Shown here piece after piece: positions 13,286-24,395 of a stretch of DNA of 64,000 bases. Location: positions 11,160,001 to 11,224,000 of the forward strand of contig NC_087260.1 of assembly GCF_037042905.1 (NCBI RefSeq). The letters are read 5' to 3'. The stretch comes from Lytechinus pictus. Taxonomy: Eukaryota. The notes under the pieces are model-generated. The model did no database searches and had not been told where the DNA came from. It saw only the letters and a program-made list of their open reading frames with translations. The position numbers were made by a program, and so were the translations under genes. Position 1 is the stretch's first letter; each line of letters starts with the position of its first letter.

Positions 13286-14595
13286 GCCTATGACTGGAAT
13301 GTTAAATGACAATTGACACTGTTGACTCTCTACCAAATTTTTAGACGTCATTTTAATAAGGCAACAAGAGTATAATGCTAGAATTTTGTTGCTCACTCAT
13401 AACTTTGGAAGAGCTCTGTATTCAAAGCTTATTCAGAAATGGTGCACGCCACAAATCTCAAACTGCAACAAGTCTCTGTAACCTTTTTTTGTGCAAAGTC
13501 AACAGGCTATAAAGCGTCAACTAATTAATGAATAAATAAATAAAGCGATTTTCCGTTGCTGTTATCGTGTCTTTTGACTTGTGTAAGTGGGTAAAATGTC
13601 CAATTGACCCGCCAACTTCACACATCTATGTGGGTCAAATGCAAGACCAATCATGCCCACTTAATTGTGTCATGTGACTCTAAAATGGGCCTATAAAACT
13701 AGGTCATGTGACCCATATAGATGTATCATTTGATTCACATTGGGAAGTGGGTTAGCCGGGGGGGGGGGGGGGGGGGGGACAGACAAAAAAAATCATGTTT
13801 GTGGATCATTGACTCTGCAAAAGGGTTTTCAGAGTATGAAAAGCCTGACTGATCAATAAAGCCTTATCCGTTTTGTTTGTATCCACTCTCATGAAGAGGG
13901 AGTGAAAGTGTAGCTATACAATTGTTTTTTTTGTTGCTTGTCTGAATGAGTATGTCGGTGAATTCTGGAAGTGGATCATTGTGATCAATATTCATCGTAC
14001 AGTTGCTTGCTCTCTCCATGGACCTACTAGGTCCATGCTCTCCGTTTCTACCTCCATGCTCTCTAAGTTAAAAACCAACAATTCCAGACTACCAACACAC
14101 ATCAAACATGTACACAGCTTTTTATATGCTTAAAAACAGATTTTCAGGGGGAAGGGTGCTTTTGTAATTCATTGTGGAAATGTATCTAATGTGCTTATGG
14201 AGGCTGTACAACTACACTCTCAATTTTGAGAATAGAAATTAGGAGACAAATCTGTGTAAAAAAGTGTATTTTTAGCCAGGGATCATATAAATAATCCAAA
14301 TTTGAACTATTAGCTCTTAACTTTATTTAGAATTAAATCAAAAAATTCTTTTCAAAAATTCCTCTCTTAAGTGACTGTTGGAATTATCAGTTCATTTCCT
14401 AGTTACATTCATTTATTAATTTCCAATTCAATATGTTTTATATTATAATCACTACTCTTGTACTGTTGATTATGAGTTGAGAATGGGGATAGAGGAATAA
14501 GGATCATTTGGGACAATGAACATATGACCTTCAATAGAACAATTGCAAGAAGTTGCATTTTAATATTTTCAAGTATTAGGTGAAGGGTATTCTTA

Positions 14596-15053
14596 GGGCC
14601 TTTTCACACATGAATCATCATTGTAATGATGATTGCAATTCGTCTTTAGGATCATCGGACTTTTCACACGCTCGAAAACTGTGATTTGAATTTGAATTTC
14701 AGAGCGAAGGCGTATGTGTCCTTGGTGACTTGACAATCAAGCACTGCATCCAAATGCAAACTACTATGGGTGCATGACCATTGTATTATCTACAGAAGTG
14801 CTTGACAGGTCATGTAAGCTCTGCCCCTAAAAGAGGTTTTGGAGGTCAAAGCCTTTCACACACAAAATTTGTACCGTAATTTTTAGTGAAACTTTACTGG
14901 AATTCACAAATTTGAATTTGTGATTGTGATTAGATTTTGTGATTCTAATCATGTTCTAGTTTGGTTTCACACGTGCTAAAAATTTGTGATTAGCCTTATT
15001 TTTCACTGGAATCATCATTCAAATTACGATTGTTATTACTGTGTGAAAGGGCG
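14596..15053. mobile_element. Degenerate MITE
   Basis: gggccttttcacac / gtgtgaaagggc termini, with internal repeats of tttcacac. Confidence 0.55.
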
Positions 15054-15606
15054 GTTTGTGATGTTTTATGATATGTTATTTTCCGGGAGTATTCATTCAA
15101 TCTTGAATTTCATTCAATGCTGAACAAGGTCTGATGTCCTTCAGGAGCTCTTTCAAAACCCGTACATGTATAGTAAGATCCTTGAAAGTTGAAATAAGAA
15201 TCCTTGTTAATTTAGGTCATGCACTTATTTTCTATATGAACCAGATTATTTTATGTAGCTTTTACTTTTTATGTCAGTCCGAGTCGTTTTTTGGTTCATT
15301 CTTTTGTGTGAGCCATTTGATGCAATCTTTACAGTAGGCCCTATGCTACACTACTCAAAAAAAGTTAAGGACCACTTTTTAAAACGTACATAAAGATTTT
15401 ATACAAGGTGTTTTATTTCTGGAAATACCTCAGTACAACTGTCCTAAATGTCCTTAAACACGCTGTAATCAATTTCACGCATGGGTGGTTTCAGTTGTTG
15501 CACAATGTCTCTCGCATCACTGCACATCCTGAAAAGTGGGCCCCGAGGGGTATCAGCTACCGACATGAAGTGGTAAAAACGAATGTCTGAGTGTCTTTCA
15601 GGCAGT

Positions 15607-16635
15607 TCAGTAACGAGTGTGACCACCTCCTGCAGCAATAACGGCTTCACAGCGCTGTCTCATGGAGCTGATGAGGCGATTGATGTCTCTGACGTCCAGT
15701 GCATCCCATGCAGCCTCCAGAGCCACACCCAGCTGCTGCAGTCCAAGTGGATGGGCTTCGAGCTGGTCGAGACTCCTCCCCATCATGTCCCAGACGTGCT
15801 CTATCGGGTTTAAGTCCGGGGACCTCGCTGGCCACTCCATACGCTCAATCCCCTGGCCCTCAAGGAACTCGGTCACCACCCTAGCTCGGTGGGCACGGGC
15901 ATTGTCATCCATGAAAATGATGTTTTGTCCCACATTTTCTGCAAATGGCACCACTATAGGTTCAAGGACCTCATCCCTGTACCTCACTCCTGTCATTGCT
16001 CCCCCTGGGACCAGGTAGAGACGAGTACGGTTGGCGTAGGTGATGCCTCCCCACACCATGGCGCTGCCTCCCCCATAACGGTCATGTTCTGCAATACAGG
16101 GGTCTGCAAATCTCTCTCCTGGTCGCCTCCAGACTCTCGAACGTCCATCATTGTGGTCAAGGGAAAATCTGCTCTCATCTGTGAACAGAACTCTACGCCA
16201 TTGCTGTCTGGTCCATCTGACATGCTCCCGGGCCCAGTTGAGACGAATTCTTCTGTGAGCAGGGGTGAGTGGGACACACTGAGCTGGCCGTCTGGCATGC
16301 ATATTGGCTCTGTGAAGTCGGTTACGGATTGTTTGAGTGGAAACAATCACTCCAGTTGCTGCAGCGAAGTCATTGTTGAGGCGGCGTGCACTGTGAAAGC
16401 GGTTGCGGAGGCTGAGATTCGTCAAGTAGCGATCATCTCTAGAGGTTGTCGAAACTGGTCGGCCACTGCGGGGTCTCTCGGAGTATAGCCCTGTCTCTCG
16501 GTGTCTTTGATTTGCTCTGCTAATGACACTGTGTGACACGCCCATCATTCTGGCTACTCTTCGCTGACTGAGGCCAGCTTCCAGCATCCCTAGGGCTCTG
16601 GCTACATCTGTTTCACTTAGGTGGTGTCTTGGCAT
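15607..16635 (-). CDS. Tc1 transposase, DD34E, 342 aa, uninterrupted
   Basis: ATG at 16635 (MPRHHLS...). N-terminal HTH with GRP motif, VLFTDESRF, FMDDNARAH, SPDLNPIEHVW. 34 residues counted between the second D and the E. Confidence 0.97.
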   Translation of the reverse strand: MPRHHLSETDVARALGMLEAGLSQRRVARMMGVSHSVISRANQRHRETGLYSERPRSGRPVSTTSRDDRYLTNLSLRNRFHSARRLNNDFAAATGVIVSTQTIRNRLHRANMHARRPAQCVPLTPAHRRIRLNWAREHVRWTRQQWRRVLFTDESRFSLDHNDGRSRVWRRPGERFADPCIAEHDRYGGGSAMVWGGITYANRTRLYLVPGGAMTGVRYRDEVLEPIVVPFAENVGQNIIFMDDNARAHRARVVTEFLEGQGIERMEWPARSPDLNPIEHVWDMMGRSLDQLEAHPLGLQQLGVALEAAWDALDVRDINRLISSMRQRCEAVIAAGGGHTRY

Positions 16636-17030
16636 TGCTGTTGTAGGCAAGTTGTTGATTGTACAGACTAAAGACGGAAAATGCTTTGGAAGACACTTGT
16701 CTTATGGCCCACTGCAATGATGCCAGAGACATCATGAAAGAACTGCATGTGTGAAATTGATGTCATTGTGTTTGATGGCATTCTGGACAGCTGTATCTTG
16801 GCATTGCTATTGTCAGCAAGTTGTTGATTGTAGAGACTAAAGACAGAAAATGCTTTGGAAGCCACTTTTGTACGGGCACATTGCAATGATGCAAGAGACA
16901 TGAAAGAACTGCATGTGTGAAATTGATTTCATTGTGTTTGATGGCATCCTGGACAGCTGTATCTTGGCATTGCTGTTGTCAGCAATTTGTTGATTGTAGA
17001 GACTAAAGACAGAAAATGCATTTGAATCCA
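16628..17030. repeat. About 167-bp tandem repeat (2.4 copies) spanning the transposase start region
   Basis: cttggcattgct[g/a]ttgt...gttgattgta[c/g]agactaaagac[g/a]gaaaatgc recurs with minus-strand ATGs at 16635, 16804 and 16970. Confidence 0.9.
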
Positions 17031-19481
17031 CATTTGTACCACTTCACAATGGGCCCACTTTGCAGGATATGCAATAATGCGAGAGACATCATGCAACAAC
17101 TGAAACCACCCATGTGTGAAATTGTTACAGGGTGTTTGAGGAGATTCAAGACAGCCATATTCGGGTATTTCTAGAAATACAACACCCGGTTTGAAAATTG
17201 TATACACACATTAAAAAGTGGTCCTTAACTTTTTTTGAGTAGTGTATTTAGAACATAACTATGGCTATTCTCAAATCTTTTGAGACCACAGAAATCTATC
17301 CGACTTTGAAGAAATTTGACTCAGAATATAGAAGAGGTACATACATGTAACGCATGTTTTGCATAATCTGGGTCCTGTCTTTCAAAGAGTTATGATTGAT
17401 CCAATCAATCATAACTCGATGGAAATCCATGAGTGGCATGATTTTTTTCTTCAAGAAATTTGCAAATTGTCCTTTGTAAACAAAGGCGAACACATAAAAT
17501 TGTCAAGAAATCAATGATTTTATGTTATATACATCGTATCTAGAAAATATTTTGAACAAACATTCATTTTGTGGGTTTTGCTGGCTTTCCATAGTTGAGG
17601 TTGATCAGATGAATCGCAACTCTTTTAAGACGGGGGCCCAGATCTAAAAAAATTGCATTGCTACTTGGTGGAATATTCAACTTATAAAATAGAAGGTCGA
17701 CTTTATGCTACTTTACTTGTAGCCTACCGTTATTAGAATTCCATGCGACATATCAAGTAAGGTTTTACCAGGTGATTAACGAACCCAAAATGTAGGATTT
17801 TCTGTCTGATGTCATTGTTTGTTTGCCTGTTTTGATATGATTTCTCAGTTTCAGTTTTGCAAACCCTTCTAGAGCTATGTGTAGTTATAATTGATATTTG
17901 AATACAATGCTATTCTAAACTGCATGTGATATATTAAGTTTTAATTTCATACCTGCATATATTTCACAATCTGATCTACGTGTACTGAAAAAAATAATAA
18001 TGGGTTTTTTTTTCCATACAAAAAAATAATGTCATTAGTAAAAAAAAAATCCATTATAATGATCTCAACTAGTTACTGGTATAAAAAGTGTTTTAAAATG
18101 GTAGTTTTGCCTGTGGGGATGCAATGCTGGAAACAATATTGAAAATATGGTTTTGTCAGAAAAAAGGCAAAAACATTGGTGTTCAGAGTATGTTTTCCCC
18201 CATATTATTTTCAGTTTTCAATGCAAGCAAAATAAATATAGAGAGAATAGTAGGTCTATACCTGCACTTTTATAGGGGGTATAATAAAAAACAAGAATAG
18301 GGTATCGTTTTAAATATACCTTAAACTTTAAAAAGAAAAAGAAATCACAATAATTAAGAGGGCACATTGAGATTGACCTCATGCCAAACAATGATATGAA
18401 AAATAAGAAATACAAGTTGAACACCAGACGACTAAGATAATTAGGGAATTTCCCTATGACCTAACCAGTGATGTTCACACAGGATACAGCTCACACAACT
18501 TTAAAGTTTAAAGGCATTGGTTAATTATGATTTGGCTTTTAAAAGTCGAGCTGTATAAGGTCCCAATTGTTACCTGTGTAAAAATGAAGGCCTGAAAATA
18601 TGAAGCATTTAGTGTGCTTCAAAGAGCAAAAACATAGGCAATTGAATAGTGCATACACATTGTCCCCAGCAGAGAAAGATGTTTTTTTTTTTAGTAACAG
18701 ATATCTTGAAAGTGTCTGCAAGAATTCAATATTTTTGCTAGGTATATATTTTATACTACATGACTCTCATTAAAGTACAGAATTTTTTTTTTAACAGGAA
18801 TTTTTTTATGATAATCAGTGGCCCTTGTTTGATCTTCATTTTTTTTCATGGGTCGATCAAACACAGTATAAGAGCCATGGGGTCACGCGGTCACCAGCAT
18901 TGGCAATTCAAAAAGAATTCTAGTGATACTGTCTAACTGTTTGAAAGTGCTAGCTGTTTGCAGAAAAAAGACAAAACATGCTGAGAAATTTTGAACATAT
19001 TTTAAAAAATTGCCACAACAAAGACTGTTTACAACTGTTTAAGAACTTTCTTCCAACATACCTTTTGCAAACATTTTGATAACTTTGCAAATTCTGGCAA
19101 AATCCCAGATTTTCAAATGTATGCTGCCCATTGAGATATCCCCTTTTAGAGATCATGGCTTGAAGTTTTCTGATAAAGTTTAGAAGTAGTAGGATTGGTA
19201 ATTTTGTTGCCACACTACATTACTAGTTTCATGTGAACACTCTGGTAGCTGTTGACTACAAGGAGCAAATTAATTACTTGGAACGTAGGCGTGACTGCGA
19301 TGATATATTGGTAACTTCCACTGAGAACAACTTTGTTGATCAATTGTTGCTTGTCCTCATGGGTGAAACTAGGTCAAAGGATGTAGATTACCAAAGGGGA
19401 ATTCCATGATTGCGATGTTATTTAGTAACAAACATTTAGAGAGTGTGTGTTTCTGTTCCTTGCCTTTTTAAACATTTTTTA

Positions 19482-20016
19482 CACAGTAAAAAATGCTGTT
19501 TAAAATGTCTAAACAACAGTGTTATGAACCTTACAGTAGCTGTTTAAACAGTTTAACCAAAGCTTTGAAAATTTAAACAGCAAAAGTTTAATTTTCAATA
19601 TTTACTTCTCAATAAATATGATTGTTTAAAAAAATGTCAAACAACTACTGTAAGATTCATACAGTAAACAGCATTGTATAAAATATTAAGTTAGTCAGTG
19701 GAAATCTCTGACAAAATTCTTCGTAAAATCCTCCCCTGTTCTATCACTTGAACTCTTCTATTCCAACTATAGTAAAATTTACAAAGGGGGGGGGGGAGAT
19801 GACTATTATTAAACAGGAGAATTTCGATGAGATATAGAAATGATAATCCATACTCAGTAAAAAAATATAGCACGTTTAAGCCCATCACTCTAACAACAAG
19901 TTGTTTGAACTTTTTTTTAATTGTTTAAACTTTTTAAACAAAAATTTTAAACAACAGTTGTTAGAGAGACGGGCTTTAACAACGTGCTTAAACTTTTAAA
20001 CAGCGTTTTTACAGTG
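19482..20016. mobile_element. MITE with CAC...GTG termini and TA flanks
   Basis: ta|cacagtaaaaaatgctgtttaaaa ... ttttaaacagcgtttttacagtg|ta, with many internal tttaaac repeats. Confidence 0.75.
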
Positions 20017-20233
20017 TAAAACAATTGTGGAAGCATTAATTTCATTCATAATCATCTCTTGAATTTCATCCTTGCCACCTAAATGTATTACCCTCAATGA
20101 TAAAACCAATATTTAACATATTTACTTTTGATTGATTTGTAGGTTTAAAGTGGCATTTCCTTTGTGTCTTCCTGTTCATGAAGATTGTTCTTCTGTTTTA
20201 ATTGAATAATTTTTTTCTCTCTTTCCTGTTCAG

Positions 20234-20320
20234 GATGAGATCGAGATCTGCAACTCCCTTCCTTTCAAGAGAGCGGTCATATGGTTGAATGCATTGCAAG
20301 ATCTTATAGAAGCACACCAG
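20234..20320 (+). CDS. NT5DC3: NT5DC2/3-like internal exon (DEIEICNSLPFKRAVIWLNALQDLIEAHQ)
   Basis: Polypyrimidine tract plus cag acceptor, cag|gtaagt donor, 87 nt, phase 0/0. Continues the frame after IIPELD. Confidence 0.88.
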
Positions 20321-21465
20321 GTAAGTGAATGATTGATAGAAGGTTAGAATGAATTTATGGATAGATAGATGGATGAATGGATGGATGGATCTAGGTAGAA
20401 GGAATGGTCATATATGGTTGAATGCATTGAGATCTTCTAGAAGCGCACCAGGTAAGTGAATGATTGATAGAAGGTTAGAATGAATTTATGGATAGATAGA
20501 TAGATAAATAGATAGATTAGATGAATGGATGGATGGATATAGGTAGAAGGAATGATCATATGGTTGAATGCATTACGAGATCTTCTAGAAGCGCACCAGG
20601 TAAGTGAATGATTGATAGAAGGTTTGAAGGAAGGAATGAAATAACTAATGGATGGATTGACTGATGAATGAACAAAAGAACAACAGAAAGAACGAATGAA
20701 TAGATATAGGTGGTTGGATAGATAGATGAAATGGTAGTTTGGTAGAACTTAGAAGGCATTACAAGATCTTAATCAGAGGCTCATTGGGTGAGTGAAGGAT
20801 CGATATAAGGTTTGAAATAATGACTGGATGGATAGGTAGATAGATGGATGGATGGATGGATGAATGCATGAATGGATGGATGAATGAATGAATAAATGGA
20901 TTTATAGGTGGATGGATAGATAGTCATATGATTGAAGACATTACAAGATGATAGATCATAGAGGCGCATCAGGTTAGTGAAGGATTGATAGAAGGTTTGA
21001 AGGAATGAATTGATTGATGGATGAATGAATGGATAGATGGATGGATATAGACAGATGGAAAAGTAGAAGGAAGGGTAATGTGGTTGAATGCATTACAAAG
21101 TTCTACAAAACTTATAGAGGCTCATAAGGTGAGTGAAGGATTGGTAAAATATTTGAATCTTAGAAAGATTGAAGTATGAATGAATGAATAAATGGATAGT
21201 GGGATGGGTAGATAGGAGTGAATTATAGGACCTTCAGAGGCTCGTCAATTGAGTGAATGATTGATGGGATTGAAAGAATGGAAGTATGATTGGTGGATCA
21301 TGGAATGATTGAATCAATGAATGAATTGATCAGTGAATTATTTAATAAGTACTAGTAAATGAATGGATAAGTGGATTGATAGATGGATATATAAATAGAA
21401 GGATGGAATAGGCACATGGTAGAATGCAATGCATTATAGGACCTCATTGATAATCAGGTGAGTGT
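20275..21465 (+). repeat. Minisatellite of exon 3' end + splice donor + (GGAT/GAAT/GATA)n, about 8 units
   Basis: The unit ggtcatatggttgaatgcatt..agatctt.tagaagc.caccag|gtaagtgaatgattgatagaagg repeats every 130-190 bp with increasing divergence. Confidence 0.85.
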
Positions 21466-21485
21466 CCAGACTATACAATCTATCA

Positions 21486-21738
21486 NNNNNNNNNNNNNNN
21501 NNNNNNNNNNNNNNNNNNNNNNNNNNNNNNNNNNNNNNNNNNNNNNNNNNNNNNNNNNNNNNNNNNNNNNNNNNNNNNNNNNNNNNNNNNNNNNNNNNNN
21601 NNNNNNNNNNNNNNNNNNNNNNNNNNNNNNNNNNNNNNNNNNNNNNNNNNNNNNNNNNNNNNNNNNNNNNNNNNNNNNNNNNNNNNNNNNNNNNNNNNNN
21701 NNNNNNNNNNNNNNNNNNNNNNNNNNNNNNNNNNNNNN
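21486..21738. other. Assembly gap (N run)
   Basis: Run of n. Confidence 1.
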
Positions 21739-22060
21739 TGGAAAGGTCGATGGGGCAGTCCTGTTTTTTGATTAAATTACAAGAATTGAACAGAATTAAA
21801 TAGAATGTTGATAAAAAAAGGAGTGAACAGAATGGTTGATGAATGGATGGCTGACTGGCTGGATTGATAGAGTGATGGATTAATTGAGAAAAGAGGAAGG
21901 ATATGCTGCGATTTATGTTAGTAAACTTTACCACATATCAAAACGATCCTTCAATATCATAATTATTGATGGACTCGAAACAAAGTTGTAAAGTAATTAC
22001 ACACTAGGCATAAATATAGAGAGTCTGATTGATCTTTATATGTTTCTTTATTTCTATCAG

Positions 22061-22125
22061 GTACATGAGTCAGCTGACTGTCGAGCTGTAGTGAATTCAT
22101 GGATCATTGAGAAAGACCAGCTTAG
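22061..22125 (+). CDS. NT5DC3: NT5DC2/3-like internal exon (VHESADCRAVVNSWIIEKDQLR)
   Basis: tttctatcag acceptor, ag|gtaagg donor, 65 nt, phase 0/2. The phase matches the next exon. Confidence 0.88.
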
Positions 22126-22907
22126 GTAAGGAGCTCAAAGACTAAGAAAAGAAAATAGATAATTTCGACATTTTGATGGTAAATTTTACCCGTAAAACAT
22201 GTGAATCTGCCTACAAGTTTGTCAAACCCATATTGCAGAAATCTGTTTAACAACACTTTTTTCACTAAACATATTTTTATCTCCAAAATTCCCCTTTTTG
22301 AGAGTTTTGTGACACACATACAAAATCTCACTATTTTAATAAAGGGACGACACTTCTCAGAAATTAATTACATTGTTGGGCAGTTCTAGGGAATGTGCCG
22401 TGCCTTGGTCAATCTGCGCATCTGCCGTTGATAGTTTCAAAATCTGTTGGTGTATTCATGGACCTACTACTGAGCCGGTATATCGGACAGGAAGCAAGTT
22501 AGTATCAAGCACCATGACCATTTGTCAGTGGTTTCAGGCTTTATTACTCATTATCAGTCAAGGTTGTGAACTTTCTGGCTTTTTGTTCTGTTTGAAAGGC
22601 TTTGTACAGTGAATTGGTTGCATTGATGGGCTACTCCAGTTGTGGGACGGTTTTCTTTTAAGTGTAAAACTTTTTATAACTAAAAGGTTTTGTGTGTATT
22701 TTGCTAGGAATTCAGTGCTACACAATTCAAATCTTCTACCCAATTAAAACCTGCATTGATAACATATCTATTCCACTGATAATAATAATATCATCAATGC
22801 TTTTCCAGCTGCTTTCGTTCTTCTTTTCCTCCCTATTTTTTTTCTTGATGTGCATTCTTACCCCTTTTGAAATGTGTGATGTGCTATGTAAGAACTGTTT
22901 CATTATT

Positions 22908-23047
22908 AGCTGATAAGTTCATGTAATGTCGCAACATGGAGCAAACTGGAGTTGCAATGTTCTGCCTGATGAAGAATAGCAGTTAGCGGTTCAAACGACG
23001 CAACTCCAATTTGCTCCATCATGTGACATTAGATTAACTTATCAGCT
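22908..23047. mobile_element. 140-bp hairpin MITE with ATT target duplication
   Basis: att|agctgataagtt...atggagcaaactggagttgc / gcaactccaatttgctccat...aacttatcagct|att. Confidence 0.75.
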
Positions 23048-23181
23048 ATTATTATTGTTATTATTATTACCCTCATGAACATAATATTTCTTTGGGTTGC
23101 AGACCCTTTCTCCATATTCATGAAATGAAATCATACCATATTTCAACTTGTCAAGTGTTACTCTTGCTTTTTTCCCCCCAG

Positions 23182-23392
23182 GATGACGACCAAGTCTCTC
23201 TTCAACCAGCAGTTCGGCAGTGTCTTCCGTACGCACCACAACTACTCCTACTTCACGTCCCGCCTCTGCCGCTTCGCAGACATCTACATGTCCTGCGTCG
23301 GCAACCTCCGCAACTACTCGTTAACGCACACCTTCTACCCGCGGCGTACGGCCCTGCCGCACGAACTTTCGTATAACTTCACAGTGCAATGA
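23182..23392 (+). CDS. NT5DC3: NT5DC2/3-like terminal coding exon ([17 protein letters not shown]...RFADIY...[13 protein letters not shown]...stop)
   Basis: tttcccccag acceptor; the first G completes the AGG codon. FGSxFRT, RFADIY and FYPRR motifs are characteristic of the family. TGA at 23390-23392. Confidence 0.95.
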
Positions 23393-23964
23393 CCCCCATG
23401 CATGAGCTATTGGTACTGCAGGAAGGTCATTCATGTAGCTGGAATGTTACCAATGTACCGAGGACAATCTAATGTTATCAGTGAAAGCCGTGTATTCGAA
23501 GCACCTGTATCAGGTGTGGGGTTTGGGAATACTAGTAATTGCTTTCTTAGCAATTTCAGATCAAGCTCGGGCAAGTTCAACCATTTCAGTTTAAAGTTAT
23601 TTCACAATAAGTCTTTCCATAATTGACTACCATTTGGAGTAAAACAAAAGAGTAATAAAAAGTGATTTTTACTTTTGTGTGTGCTGTCTGTTACTCATAA
23701 CTGGTTCTGACTAGTCTGCAGGCACAGGCCCTGAATGAAACTGTAATCAACAAGTGGGTCTTCACACAAGACTAGCACATATAAATCTTGCTGTTTCAAT
23801 TCAGAGCGAGGGTACTTCACCACACAATTCATTGTAGGGTCAGTGAAGGGTTTGCATATCAGACTCGGTTCTGACCACCACTGAAATATGTGTCAGTCTA
23901 ATATTCCATTCCACTTGGCTAGGGGTTGACATCAAAGTTTTCCCTTTAAGTCACTGTCAGGTCA

Positions 23965-24305
23965 ATATATTTGGTTGCATTTTTAAATCATCATCTACAT
24001 ATTTGAGTGCATTCTTTATCACCATCAGATGGATATATTGGAATGCATTTTAGACCTCCATCAGGATGAAACATTTTGAATGCATTTTATGTCACAATCT
24101 GGGTGATTTGAATGTATTTTTAATTACAATCAAATGATATACACATATGTGAATGCATTTTGAGTCACCATGAAGCAACATATTTGAATGCATTATTATT
24201 TACTGATTGGATGATATATTGGGAATGCATCTTATATCACTTTCAAGGGGAAATATCTGAATACATTTTACTTGACGGTTTGACCATCAGAGTGATACAT
24301 TTGAT
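23965..24305. repeat. Degenerate minisatellite of roughly 35 bp downstream of the NT5DC stop
   Basis: Recurring atatttgaatgcatttt...accatcaga units. Confidence 0.55.
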
Positions 24306-24312
24306 TGTATTG

Positions 24313-24395
24313 TGGGCATGGTGGCTCAGTGGTAGAGCGACCGCCTCTTGAATGTGAGGTTGTGTGTTCAATCCCTGGCCGAGTTATACCAAATA
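24313..24395 (+). mobile_element. Decayed tRNA-derived SINE head
   Basis: gggcatggtggctcagtggtagagcg ... gtgttcaatccctggcc has A-box and B-box-like motifs but no intact cloverleaf. Confidence 0.55.

Larger units (their letters stand above)
15349..17244 (-). mobile_element. Full-length Tc1-family DNA transposon in the NT5DC intron (antisense to host)
   Basis: TA|cactactcaaaaaaagttaaggaccactttttaa ... ttaaaaagtggtccttaactttttttgagtagtg|TA. The outer 34-bp TIR is perfect and imperfect inverted similarity extends about 200 bp. TA target duplication. Confidence 0.97.

Noticed and set aside
15583-16488. Overlapping ORFs of 60-199 aa on both strands within the transposase
   Set aside because: These are shadow ORFs of a GC-rich coding sequence with no recognisable motifs.
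21434-21934. ORFs spanning N runs (also 28452-28883)
   Set aside because: Artefacts of assembly gaps.
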